A stretch of DNA of 64,000 nt from an uncultured Chloroflexia bacterium (GTDB taxonomy: Bacteria > Chloroflexota > Limnocylindria > Limnocylindrales > CSP1-4). The notes beneath the pieces were generated by a model. That model searched no databases. It saw only the letters and a list, made by a program, of their open reading frames with translations, and had not been told where the DNA came from. The translations under genes were made by a program, and so were the position numbers. Location: assembly GCA_963849405.1 (NCBI GenBank), contig CAWKHG010000006.1, positions 206,891-270,890 on the forward strand, given 5' to 3'. Position 1 is the stretch's first letter. Every line of letters starts with the position of its first letter. This document shows, piece by piece, positions 43,670-52,784 of the stretch.

Positions 43670-44761
43670 GTGCCCGATCGCCAGGTCCAAGCCGACGGCG
43701 GCGGCCCAAGCTCGGCCAAATCGGTCGATCCGGTCGACTACGCGGCCCTCAACGGCTGGGATCGCCCCTACGAGGTCTACGACGACTTCGACCTCCCGAC
43801 CTACGTCGGACCGGTCTCGTTCAGCGGCCTGCCCTGGATCACCGACCCGGCCGAGATGACTGCCCGCAAGGTCGATGTGGCGGTCCTTGGCGCGCCATAC
43901 GACGACGGCGTGAGCCACCGGTCGGGTGCCCGGTTCGGGCCGCGCGCCATCCGCCAGGCCCAGTACACCGCGGGTTCGCTCCACTCGCTCCAGCTCGGCA
44001 TCGAGCCGTTCGAGCACCTGACGGTCATCGACGCGGGCGACGCGAACATCGTGCCCCGCTGGCCGGAGCGCTCGCACGCGCTCATCTACCGGAAGGTGCG
44101 GGAAGTCGCCGCGACCGGCGCCATCCCGATCGTCCTGGGCGGCGACCACTCGATCACCTGGCCGGCCGCCACCGCGATCGCCGAGGTCCGACGTCCCGGC
44201 AGCATCGGGATCGTCCACTTCGACGCCCACGCGGACACCGCGGACGAGGACTGGGGCGTCCTGAACGGCCACGGGACGCCGATGCGCCGGCTCATCGAGT
44301 CCGGGGCGGTCGCCGGACGCAACTTCGTCCAGGTCGGCCTGCGCGGCTACTGGCCGTCGGCCGAGGTCTTCGAGTGGATGAAGGCCCACGGGCTGCGCTA
44401 CCACTTCATGACCGAGATCGAGGAGCGCGGATCGGAGGCCGTCATCGCGGACGCGATCGCCGAGGCGCTCGATGGCCCGGATGCGATCTACCTCTCGCTC
44501 GACATCGACGTCATCGATCCCGGCCTCGCGCCGGGCACGGGGACGCCCGAGCCGGGCGGGATGCTCACCCGCGAAGTGCTGCGGGCGATCCGCCAGATCG
44601 CCGGCGCCGTAGAGCTGGCAGGCATGGACATCGTCGAGGTCTCGCCGCCCTACGACGTCGCGGAGACGACCGCGATGGCCGCTCATCGCGCGGCCCTCGA
44701 GGCCATCAGCGCCCTCGCCGTCAAGAAGGCGGCCGGTCGCTCCGTCCGCTTCGCGCCCTGA
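43670..44761 (+). CDS. agmatinase/ureohydrolase (arginase-fold) family enzyme
   Basis: Intact 363-aa ORF. The GTG start is preceded by GGAGG. Mn-binding motifs are GGDHSIT, HFDAHADT and LSLDIDVIDP..APGTGTPEPGG. Confidence 0.88.
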   Translation: MPDRQVQADGGGPSSAKSVDPVDYAALNGWDRPYEVYDDFDLPTYVGPVSFSGLPWITDPAEMTARKVDVAVLGAPYDDGVSHRSGARFGPRAIRQAQYTAGSLHSLQLGIEPFEHLTVIDAGDANIVPRWPERSHALIYRKVREVAATGAIPIVLGGDHSITWPAATAIAEVRRPGSIGIVHFDAHADTADEDWGVLNGHGTPMRRLIESGAVAGRNFVQVGLRGYWPSAEVFEWMKAHGLRYHFMTEIEERGSEAVIADAIAEALDGPDAIYLSLDIDVIDPGLAPGTGTPEPGGMLTREVLRAIRQIAGAVELAGMDIVEVSPPYDVAETTAMAAHRAALEAISALAVKKAAGRSVRFAP

Positions 44762-44815
44762 CGCCGCGCGCCGAGTCCGTCACGATCACCCGGACCGAGC
44801 CCCGACTGAGCCCGC

Positions 44816-45692
44816 ATGAGCCCGCCTGAGCGACCGATGCCCAAAGACCGCGACCCGCTCCGCCCCTACGACCCGGCGGCGACCACGCTCCCCGCGCCGA
44901 CGCCCGCCGAGGCCGTCGCGCTCGCCCGGCTGTACGACCTCGACCTCGCCCAGGACCCGGGCGACCTGGACCTGTACCTGGCCCTCGCCGGGCGGACCGG
45001 CGGGCCGATCCTCGAGCTGGCGACCGGGACCGGGCGCCTCGCCGTCCCGCTTGCCGAGCACGGCTACCTCGTGACGGGCGTCGACATCGACCCCGCGATG
45101 CTGGCCAGGGCGCAGGCCCGCGCCGACGCGACCCGGGGCGACGCGATGGGCGGCCTCCGCTTCGTGATCGGCGATGCCCGATCCGTCCGCCTGCCCGACG
45201 CCGGCCGCTACCAGCTCGCGTTCCTGGCCCTGAACTCGCTGTTCATCATGGGCACGCGGACCGACCAGCAGGCGGTGGTCAGCACGCTCGCGGCGCACCT
45301 CGCCCCCGGCGGGCCTCGCGGTCATCGACGTCTGGCTGCCCGACGCCGACGACCTCGCCCGCTACGACGGCCGGGTCATGCTCGAGTACCCGCGCCGCGA
45401 TCCGGCGACCGGCCAACACGTCGTGAAGGTCGGCAGCGCCACCCACGACGCGGCCACCGCGACGGTGCGCCTGACGACGATCTACGAGGAAGGCGACCCG
45501 GGCCAGCCCGTCGTCCGCTGGGTCAGGCGGGACGATATGCGGCTCGTCAGCGTGGACGAGCTGCGCGGGTTCGCCGAGGCGGCCGGCCTGGTCGTCGAAT
45601 CGATCGCCGGCGACTACGACCTCGATCCGCACGGTCCGGGCGCCGAGCGGGCGATCCTCCTCGCCGTGCGCCCGGGACCGCCGGCCACGTGA
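44816..45692 (+). CDS. class I SAM-dependent methyltransferase (1 apparent frameshift)
   Basis: ..ILELATGTGRLAVPLAEHGYLVTGVDIDPAML.. is the SAM motif I region. The C-terminus comes from ORF 45378..45692. The frame break is near 45308. The start could alternatively be ATG 44837. Confidence 0.8.
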
Positions 45693-45765
45693 GGGTCAAC
45701 GCGAGGTCGTCCGTCTGGACTGTCCCGTCCCGTGACCATTGCCGCCTTGGACAACCGTTGCGCCT

Positions 45766-45774
45766 TGGTACACT
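45766..45774 (+). promoter_or_regulatory. extended -10-like box TGgTACACT, 8 nt upstream of ATG 45783
   Basis: The sequence reads ccTTGGACAaccgttgcgccttggTACACTcgcgaccgATG. A TTGGAC -35-like hexamer (45747..45752) lies 16 nt upstream. This supports ATG 45783 over the ORF-track start at 45732. Confidence 0.45.
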
Positions 45775-45782
45775 CGCGACCG

Positions 45783-46928
45783 ATGGCAGCGAATAACCAG
45801 ATCCGCCTCCTCGTCGTCGAGGACGTACCCCAGGTCGCCCAGTACATCCGCGGACTGCTGAATTCGCAGGCCCAGATCAAGCTGCTCGACGTCATGACCG
45901 ACGGGTCCAAGGTCAAGGGCCAGATCCAGCAGCTCAAGCCGGACGTCGTGATCATCGACGCGCTGCTCCAGGGACGGGTGCGTGGGCTCGCCGTGGCCCA
46001 GCAGCTCCGCGAGGATCGGCGCGCGACTCCGGTCATCATCCTGACCGTCCCCCAGAACCCGGTCCAGGTGGACCCGTCGAAGGGAGTCGACGCGGTCCTC
46101 TCGATGCCGTTCTCGGGCTACGACCTCATCAACCGGGTGAACGCGGTCCACGTCGCGTTCCAGGCGAGCGACGAGGGCGGCGCGTCGCGGATGTTCAGCG
46201 TCTTCGCCCCGAAGGGCGGCGTCGGCAAGACGACGATCGCGTTCAACCTCGCGGTGGCCATCGGCCAGCTGGGCAAGCGGACCGTGCTCATCGACGGGAG
46301 CCTCCAGTTCGGCGACCTGCGGGCGCTCCTGAAGGTGCCGGTCGACGCCCCGTCGATCCTCGACCTGCCGACGGACCGGATCCAGGAATCGGACCTCCAG
46401 GACGTCCTGTGGCGCGACCCCTCGGGCATCGACATCCTGCTCGCGCCGCCGCGCGTCGAGATGGCCGAGATGGTCACCGTCCGCGACGTCGACAAGGTGC
46501 TCTCGCTCCTGCGCCGGGCGTACGAGGTGATCGTGCTGGACACGCCACCCGTCCTCAACGACGTCAACCTGGCGTTCCTGGACCAGTCCGACCTGATCGT
46601 CGAGATCGTCACGTACGACTCGACGACGATCCACAACACGATCGCCGTGGCCGATGCGTTCCGCACGATCGGCTACCCGGCGACCAAGGTGCGCTACCTC
46701 GTGAACCGGGCCGACTCGGCCGGCGGCATCCAGGCCGACGACCTGGCCCGGGCCCTGGGCCGCGTGCCCGAGTACTCGGTCGTGTCGGATGGGCGTCTCG
46801 TCGTCGCCTCGAACAACGAGGGCGTGCCGTTCGTCCTCGCCGAGCCGTCGGCGGCGATCAGCCTCGACATCGGCCGGCTGGCGGTGTCGCTCGTCGAGAA
46901 TCGCGCGCCGGCCGCAGCGAGGCACTGA
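45783..46928 (+). CDS. receiver-domain / ParA-MinD-type ATPase fusion (CpaE/TadZ-like)
   Basis: The N-terminal REC-like domain has ..IRLLVVEDV.. and ..DVVIIDALL... The C-terminal domain has the deviant Walker A FAPKGGVGKTTIAFNLA and ..VIVLDTPP... The position of the conserved receiver Lys reads SMPF. Confidence 0.85.
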   Translation: MAANNQIRLLVVEDVPQVAQYIRGLLNSQAQIKLLDVMTDGSKVKGQIQQLKPDVVIIDALLQGRVRGLAVAQQLREDRRATPVIILTVPQNPVQVDPSKGVDAVLSMPFSGYDLINRVNAVHVAFQASDEGGASRMFSVFAPKGGVGKTTIAFNLAVAIGQLGKRTVLIDGSLQFGDLRALLKVPVDAPSILDLPTDRIQESDLQDVLWRDPSGIDILLAPPRVEMAEMVTVRDVDKVLSLLRRAYEVIVLDTPPVLNDVNLAFLDQSDLIVEIVTYDSTTIHNTIAVADAFRTIGYPATKVRYLVNRADSAGGIQADDLARALGRVPEYSVVSDGRLVVASNNEGVPFVLAEPSAAISLDIGRLAVSLVENRAPAAARH

Positions 46929-46931
46929 TCC

Positions 46932-47849
46932 GTGGCCGACCCGCGCCCGATCGGGGTCTTCGACTCGGGAGTGGGAGGGCTGACGGTCCTCCGCGAGATC
47001 CTCCGCCGGGCGCCGGCCGAATCGACCCTCTACCTGGGCGACAACGATCGCGCCCCGTACGGCGTCCGTCCCGATGCCGAGGTGCTCGCATTCAGCCGCC
47101 AGGCGCTCGACACGCTCGCCTCGCGCGACGTCAAGGCGATCGTCGTCGCCTGCAACACCTCGACGGCGGTCGCCCTCGTCGACCTCCGGCGGCGCTATGA
47201 CATCCCCATCCTCGGCGTCATCCGGCCGGGCGCGGCGGCCGCCGCCCTGGCGACGCGGAGCCGGCGGGTCGGTGTGATCGCGACCCCGGCGACGGTCCGC
47301 TCGCACGCCTACTTCGAGGCGATCAAGGACGAGAACCCGGCGATCGAGGTCTACGAGCACGCGACGCCGACCCTGGTGCCGCTCGTCGAGGCCGGGGTCC
47401 TGTCGGGACCCGAGGCGGAGGCCGCCGTCGCCGATGCGCTCGCGCCGCTGCTGGGCAGCCGCGATGCCGCGGGCGAGTTCATCTTCCCGCTCCCGCCGTC
47501 CACCCGGATCGACACGCTCCTGCTCGGCTGCACCCACTACCCGCTGCTGCGATCCGTGATCGCGGCCCACGTGGGGGAGCGCGTCGCGATCGTCGACAGC
47601 GCGACCGCCACCGCGTCGGCGCTCGTCGAGCTGCTGTCGATCAACGGCCTCGAGGCGCCGGGGTCGGGCCACGGCTCGGGAGCCGCGGGGGGCAACGGCC
47701 ACGGCCGGGAAGCGGGCACCCAGCCCACCGAAGCGGTCCACCGTCAGCTCACGACAGGGGACGTCGACGCGTTCCGCGGGGTCGCGAGCCGGCTCTTCGG
47801 TGACGCGTTCGCGGACGTCGAGGCAGTCGAGCTCGAGGTCCGGGCATGA
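46932..47849 (+). CDS. murI: glutamate racemase
   Basis: IGVFDSGVGGLTV, VVACNTST and LGCTHYPLL carry the two catalytic Cys motifs. Intact ORF with a GTG start. Confidence 0.93.
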   Translation: MADPRPIGVFDSGVGGLTVLREILRRAPAESTLYLGDNDRAPYGVRPDAEVLAFSRQALDTLASRDVKAIVVACNTSTAVALVDLRRRYDIPILGVIRPGAAAAALATRSRRVGVIATPATVRSHAYFEAIKDENPAIEVYEHATPTLVPLVEAGVLSGPEAEAAVADALAPLLGSRDAAGEFIFPLPPSTRIDTLLLGCTHYPLLRSVIAAHVGERVAIVDSATATASALVELLSINGLEAPGSGHGSGAAGGNGHGREAGTQPTEAVHRQLTTGDVDAFRGVASRLFGDAFADVEAVELEVRA

Positions 47850-49093
47850 GCGGCCCGCGCCGGCCGTCGCGCCGGATCGGGCTGAGCGACCCGCTGTGGC
47901 AGGGTGGCTTCCTCGTGGGCGCCGCCATCGGCGCAGCAGCGACCGTGCTCGGCCGTCGGGCCGAGAAGTCGGCGCGGCGCGGCCTGGTGGACTGGCCGGC
48001 CGCCGAGGCGTTCGCGATCGACCGGCTCAAGGGCGCACCGGGGGCCTTGTCGGCCGCCGAGCTTGCGGAGGCCGAGCGCTCCTATGCCGCCGCCCTCGAG
48101 GTCATCGTGCCCAAGTTGTCCCAGGTCCTCGGCGCTGAGCTTCCGGGGATCGTGGGCCGGGCCGGCGTCGTGGACCGGGCGGGCTGGGTCCGGGCGAACG
48201 TGACGTCCTTCGCCCAGCTCATCGGCCACCTGGAGGGCCGCCTGCTCGACCAGGTCATCCCGCCCGGCGGCGGGTTCGCCAAGGCGTCGATGGCCATCGC
48301 CAATCGCTGGGTGACGACGCGCCAGCTGGGCTTCCTGCTCGGGTTCATGGGCCAGCGCGTGCTCGGCCAGTACGACCTCGCCCTGCTGTCCGCGGAGGCG
48401 ACGCCGGGCCGGCTGCTCTTCGTCGAGGAGAACATCCGCCACACGGCGCGGGTCCTGGACGTGCCGCTGCCGGCGTTCCGGACCTGGATCGCCCTGCACG
48501 AGACGACCCACGCCTTCGAGTTCGAGGCGCATCCGTGGCTCCGACCGTACCTCGCCGGCCGCCTCGAGCGGCAGCTGACGACGCTCAGCGACGACCTCTC
48601 GGTCGTGTCGGGCGACACGCTCCGCCAGCTTGGCCGGGCGCTCCGCGGGGAGGGCGACGGCGAGCACTGGATCGAGCGCCTCATGTCGAACGAACAGCGC
48701 CGCCTGTTCCGAGAGACGCAGGCGGTCATGAGCCTGCTCGAGGGCTTCTCCGACTACATCATGGACGAGGTCGGCCGGGAGATCGTCCCCGACGTCGAGC
48801 GGATCAGCGCCAAGTTCCACGAGCGGCGCGAGCGCAAGACCGGCTTCGAGCGGGCGGTCATGCGGCTCATCGGGATGGACCTCAAGCTCGACCAGTACAA
48901 GAAGGGCGAGCGGTTCGTGCGGGCGATCGCGGACCGGGCCGGGCCGGCGGCCCTGACCCACCTGTGGGACGGCCCCGAGACCCTGCCGCGCGAAGGCGAG
49001 ATCGAGGCGCCCGAGCGCTGGATCGCCCGCGTCCTCGGGCCGGACGCCGGTGGGAGTGGCGGGACGGCGGCACACCTCGGCCTCGAGGCCTGA
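47846..49093 (+). CDS. zinc-dependent metalloprotease-like protein (DUF2342/TIGR03624-type, HExxH)
   Basis: Intact 415-aa ORF with an ATGA overlap with the murI stop. ..FRTWIALHETTHAFEF.. (HExxH) and overall similarity, as I recall it, to actinobacterial DUF2342 proteins. Confidence 0.75.
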   Translation: MSGPRRPSRRIGLSDPLWQGGFLVGAAIGAAATVLGRRAEKSARRGLVDWPAAEAFAIDRLKGAPGALSAAELAEAERSYAAALEVIVPKLSQVLGAELPGIVGRAGVVDRAGWVRANVTSFAQLIGHLEGRLLDQVIPPGGGFAKASMAIANRWVTTRQLGFLLGFMGQRVLGQYDLALLSAEATPGRLLFVEENIRHTARVLDVPLPAFRTWIALHETTHAFEFEAHPWLRPYLAGRLERQLTTLSDDLSVVSGDTLRQLGRALRGEGDGEHWIERLMSNEQRRLFRETQAVMSLLEGFSDYIMDEVGREIVPDVERISAKFHERRERKTGFERAVMRLIGMDLKLDQYKKGERFVRAIADRAGPAALTHLWDGPETLPREGEIEAPERWIARVLGPDAGGSGGTAAHLGLEA

Positions 49094-49100
49094 CCGCAGC

Positions 49101-50183
49101 ATGACCGAGGAGCTGCGCCGGGTCGCCGGCCCCGGCCACGGCCCGGGCGGCGCGCCGACGGCCATCGCCCTGACCCCGATCCTGTCGGCCCGCTACCGGA
49201 TGCGCGACCTGGACCGGATCCGCGCCGCGGCCCCGGGCGCCCGGATCGTCAACGTCTCGACCGAGGGCCTGGCCGACGGCCAGCTCGACGACGTCGAGGT
49301 CCTCCTCCGGGGCTGGCTCGCGGCGGACGCCTTCGACCGGCTCCTCGCCCGCGCCCCGCAGCTGGCCTGGGTCCACTCGGCATCTGCGGGTGTGGAGCGC
49401 GTGCTCACCCCGGCCGGCCGGGCCAGGGGACTCGTCATCACCAACGCCCGGGGCGTCTTCAGCCGGCCGATCGCCGAGTACGTGCTGATGATGATCCTGG
49501 CCATCAGCCGGCGGCTGCCCCAGCTCCTCGAGCTGCAGCGCGAACGGACGTGGCAGCCACTCGAGGGCGCCGAGCTCCGCGACATCACGGTGGGCGTGGT
49601 CGGCCTCGGGTCGATCGGGCGCGCGGTGGGCTCCCTCGCGACGGCGTTCGGCTGCCGGGTCATCGCGACCCGCCGTCGCCCCGACGCCGGCTCGGCTCCC
49701 GGCCGCCCGGCGGGCGAGACCGATGACGGCAAGGAGGGCCAGCCGCTCGTGGAGGCCGTCTTCGACCGGGTGCTGGGACCGGAAGGGCTGCCGGAGCTGC
49801 TGGCCGAATCGGACTTCATCGTGCTCGCGGCCCCGCTGACCCCGGAGACCGAGAACATGATCTCGGCCGAGACGCTGGCGATGGTCAAGCCCGGGGCATG
49901 GCTCATCAACGTCGCCCGCGGCCGGCTCATCGACGAGAGCGCACTCCGCCGGGCGCTCCGCGAGGGCCCGCTGGGCGGCGCGGTCCTCGACGCGTTCCGC
50001 GAGGAGCCGCTCCAGCCAACGTCGCCGTTCTACGACCTGCCCAACGCGATCATCACGCCCCACACGTCGTGGTCCTCCGGCCGCGTCCTCGACCGGAGCG
50101 TCGAGCTCTTCTGCGACAACCTCCGCCGCTTCGCCTCCGGGCAGCCGCTGCTCAACGTCGTCGATCCCGCCGTCGGGTACTGA
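49101..50183 (+). CDS. D-isomer-specific 2-hydroxyacid dehydrogenase family
   Basis: ATG 49101 lies within ORF 49050..50183. Motifs include ..VGVVGLGSIGRAVG.., ..NVARGRLID.. and ..ITPHTS... Confidence 0.85.
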   Translation: MTEELRRVAGPGHGPGGAPTAIALTPILSARYRMRDLDRIRAAAPGARIVNVSTEGLADGQLDDVEVLLRGWLAADAFDRLLARAPQLAWVHSASAGVERVLTPAGRARGLVITNARGVFSRPIAEYVLMMILAISRRLPQLLELQRERTWQPLEGAELRDITVGVVGLGSIGRAVGSLATAFGCRVIATRRRPDAGSAPGRPAGETDDGKEGQPLVEAVFDRVLGPEGLPELLAESDFIVLAAPLTPETENMISAETLAMVKPGAWLINVARGRLIDESALRRALREGPLGGAVLDAFREEPLQPTSPFYDLPNAIITPHTSWSSGRVLDRSVELFCDNLRRFASGQPLLNVVDPAVGY

Positions 50184-50186
50184 CGG

Positions 50187-51290
50187 GTGCAGATCGCCAT
50201 CGTCGGCCTCGCCGGCAGCGGCAAGACCACGGTCTTCAACACGCTCACCCGGGGCCACGCCGAGACCGGCGGGTTCGGCGGCCTGCAGCTCAACGTCGGC
50301 GTGGTCAAGGTGCCGGACGTGCGCCTCGACCGGCTGGCCGAGATCTTCAAGCCGAAGAAGATCGTCCAGGCCGACGTGACGTACGTCGACCTGCCCGCGC
50401 CGCCGGCCTCGTCCGAGGGGCGCATCGGGACCGAGGAGCTGCCCGCCGAGCACCTCGGCCGCCTGCGCGATTCGGAGGCGCTCCTGCACATCGTCCGGGC
50501 CTTCGACGATCCGTCCGTGCCCCACCCGCTCGGCAACGTCGATCCGTGGCGGGACCTCGAGAACCTCGACCTCGAGTTCGTCCTGGCCGACCTCGCGATC
50601 ACCGACCGGCGCCTGGAGCGTCTCGCCGCGACCGGCCGCCACGGGACCCCGGCCGAGCGCGAGGCGAACGAGCGCGAGGAGGTCATCCTGCGCCGCCTCA
50701 AGACGGCGTTGGAGGAGGGCCGGCCGATCCGCGACGAGGAGCTGGCGCCGGACGAGGAGAAGGCCATCCGCGGCTTCCGGTTCCTCAGCCAGAAGCCCGT
50801 GCTCGTACTGCTCAACCTCGGGGAGGCGGACCTGCCCAGGGCCGCCGAGAAGGTCGCCGACGTAGCCGGGCGCTACCGGTTCGGGCACTCGATGGTCGAC
50901 TCGCTGTCGGCGCGCGTGGAGATGGAGCTCGGCGAGCTCGATCCGGGCGACCTGGCGGCGTTCATGGAGGAGCTCGGCCTCCATGAGTCGAGCCTGGACC
51001 GCGTCATCGCCCTGTCCTACCGGTTGCTCGGGCTCATCAGCTTCCTGACGGCCGGGCCGGACGAGGTCCGGGCCTGGCCGATCCCCGACGGCTCGTCCGC
51101 GGTGGACGCCGCGGCCGCCATCCACACCGACCTGGCCAAGGGCTTCATCCGGGCCGAGGTCGTGCCGTACGAGGACCTGATCGAGCTGCGCACGATGGCC
51201 GAGGCGCGCAAGCACGGCAAGCTCCGCTCGGAGGGCAAGACCTACCGCGTCCGCGACGGCGACGTGCTGGAAGTGCTGTTCAGTCGCTGA
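50187..51290 (+). CDS. ychF: YchF/OLA1-family P-loop ATPase/GTPase
   Basis: MQIAIVGLAGSGKTTVFN (P-loop) is followed by the C-terminal ..AAIHTDLAKGFIRAEVV.YEDL....G...A...GKLR.EGK.Y.V.DGDV..., typical of the YchF TGS/DUF933 end. Confidence 0.85.
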   Translation: MQIAIVGLAGSGKTTVFNTLTRGHAETGGFGGLQLNVGVVKVPDVRLDRLAEIFKPKKIVQADVTYVDLPAPPASSEGRIGTEELPAEHLGRLRDSEALLHIVRAFDDPSVPHPLGNVDPWRDLENLDLEFVLADLAITDRRLERLAATGRHGTPAEREANEREEVILRRLKTALEEGRPIRDEELAPDEEKAIRGFRFLSQKPVLVLLNLGEADLPRAAEKVADVAGRYRFGHSMVDSLSARVEMELGELDPGDLAAFMEELGLHESSLDRVIALSYRLLGLISFLTAGPDEVRAWPIPDGSSAVDAAAAIHTDLAKGFIRAEVVPYEDLIELRTMAEARKHGKLRSEGKTYRVRDGDVLEVLFSR

Positions 51291-51304
51291 GCCTCGCCAC
51301 TCCG

Positions 51305-51378
51305 GTGCGCCGGGTCACCCCGGCGCCTTCGCCCGCAGGCCTTGCTCGGGCGCACGGGCGCGACGTGAACGTCGCGCC
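51305..51378 (+). repeat. dispersed hairpin repeat, copy C (more diverged 3' half) plus adjacent hairpin
   Basis: gtgcgccgggtcaccccggcgccttcgc (51305..51332) is identical to copy B's core; the 3' half (ccgcaggccttgct) is diverged. A further hairpin, ggcgcgacg-tgaa-cgtcgcgcc, lies at 51357..51378. The copy sits between convergent gene ends. Confidence 0.75.
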
Positions 51379-51384
51379 GAGTGC

Positions 51385-51843
51385 CTAGTGCGGGCGGGTC
51401 CGGCCGATCGCGTCGGGGTCGAAGTCGACCAGGATCGCCTTGTAGTCGGGCCGGGCGTCCACGTCGTCCTCGTCTTCGTCGTCGTCATCGTCCGACCCGC
51501 CGAGGCGGCCACCGTCGATGCCCGCCAGGAACGTCTCATCGGCGTCCTGCGACACGTTGACCGCAGCGGTCAGGCGTTCGTCCGAGATGTAGACGAAGCC
51601 GTAGTCGCGCTCGAGCTCCTCGGCGATGGCCTCGATGAGGGTATCGTGGTTGTAGGAGCCGATCACCCGCTCACGGACGGTCTGGACCGTCTGCAGGAAT
51701 TCCTCCGGCTCCATCTCCTCCTCGTGGCCAAGCAGCAGGTCCGCGAAGACGTCGTTGTCGCCCTCATGCAGTTCGTAGAAGTACACGCTCGCTCCCGGCG
51801 GTTCACGGTCTGGGATCGGCTCCGGCTGCGCACGCCGGGCCAC
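51385..51843 (-). CDS. hypothetical acidic protein
   Basis: 152-aa ORF with a GTG start. It is very Asp/Glu-rich (..GSDDDDDEDEDDVD..), with a structured-looking N-terminal half (..VYFYELHEGDNDVFADLLLGHEEE..). No family recognised. TATACT lies 4 nt upstream of the start. Confidence 0.5.
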   Translation of the reverse strand: MARRAQPEPIPDREPPGASVYFYELHEGDNDVFADLLLGHEEEMEPEEFLQTVQTVRERVIGSYNHDTLIEAIAEELERDYGFVYISDERLTAAVNVSQDADETFLAGIDGGRLGGSDDDDDEDEDDVDARPDYKAILVDFDPDAIGRTRPH

Positions 51844-51866
51844 GGCCAGTATAGGTCGGCCTGAGC

Positions 51867-52784
51867 GTGGAACCCTTCCGGCCGACGGTCGTGGTGGTCG
51901 GCGCGGCCGCCCGCGACATCGACCCGACCGATCCGCGCGGCTGGCGGCTCGGCGGCGGCGTCATGTACGGCGGGCTCGCCATCGCGCGGCTCGGCGTCCG
52001 CACGGGCGTCCTGGTCGGCGCCGATGCCGAGGCCGCGAACGCCGCCGAACTGGAGCTGCTCCGGGAGGCGGGCGCCGAGGTCCATCTCGTCCCGCTGGAC
52101 CGGGGGCCGATCTTCATCAACCTCGAGACCCCGACGGGCCGGGCCCAGACCGGCTTCTCGGCCTCCGATCCGGTGGATCCCGCGCACCTCCCGGAGGCGT
52201 GGCGGGCCGCGCCCGGCTGGCTGCTGGCGCCGGTGGCCGATGAGATCCCCGATGCCTGGGCCACAGCCATCTCGCCGGACGGCCTGGTCGGCACGGCCTG
52301 GCAGGGCCTGTTGCGGGACATCGTCCCCGGCGAGCTCGTCCATCACCGCTCGCCGGGTCCATCCCCGATCGTCGCCCGCTCGGACCTCATCGGGGTCGGT
52401 TCGGACGATCTCGGCGACGACACCCGGTTCGCCGATCTCTGCCGCCTGATGCGCCCGGGATCGACGCTCGCGTTCACCCAGGGTGCCCGCGGCGGGATCG
52501 CCGTCGAGGTCGGCCCCGACGGAACGCCCGCCTCCATGTCGCGCTGGCCGGGCATCCCGCCGGACGGGATCGTCGACGCGACCGGCGCCGGCGACGTGTT
52601 CCTGGCCGGCCTGCTGGCGGCGCGCGTGGAGCCGCGGCTCGTCGGCGGCCGTGCGGCGCCGCGGATGGACTTCCGGCTCGGAGCGGCCATGGCCTCGCTC
52701 GTGCTCGAGGGACCGGGGCTGGAGGGCGTACCGGACCGCGCCGCGATCAGGCGACGACTGGCTCGGCCTGCCGCTCCGGGCTGA
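51867..52784 (+). CDS. PfkB-family carbohydrate/nucleoside kinase
   Basis: Intact 305-aa ORF. ..VDATGAGDVFLAGLL.. is PfkB signature 2, and the N-terminal ..VVVVGAAARD.. fits the ribokinase fold. Confidence 0.8.
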   Translation: MEPFRPTVVVVGAAARDIDPTDPRGWRLGGGVMYGGLAIARLGVRTGVLVGADAEAANAAELELLREAGAEVHLVPLDRGPIFINLETPTGRAQTGFSASDPVDPAHLPEAWRAAPGWLLAPVADEIPDAWATAISPDGLVGTAWQGLLRDIVPGELVHHRSPGPSPIVARSDLIGVGSDDLGDDTRFADLCRLMRPGSTLAFTQGARGGIAVEVGPDGTPASMSRWPGIPPDGIVDATGAGDVFLAGLLAARVEPRLVGGRAAPRMDFRLGAAMASLVLEGPGLEGVPDRAAIRRRLARPAAPG

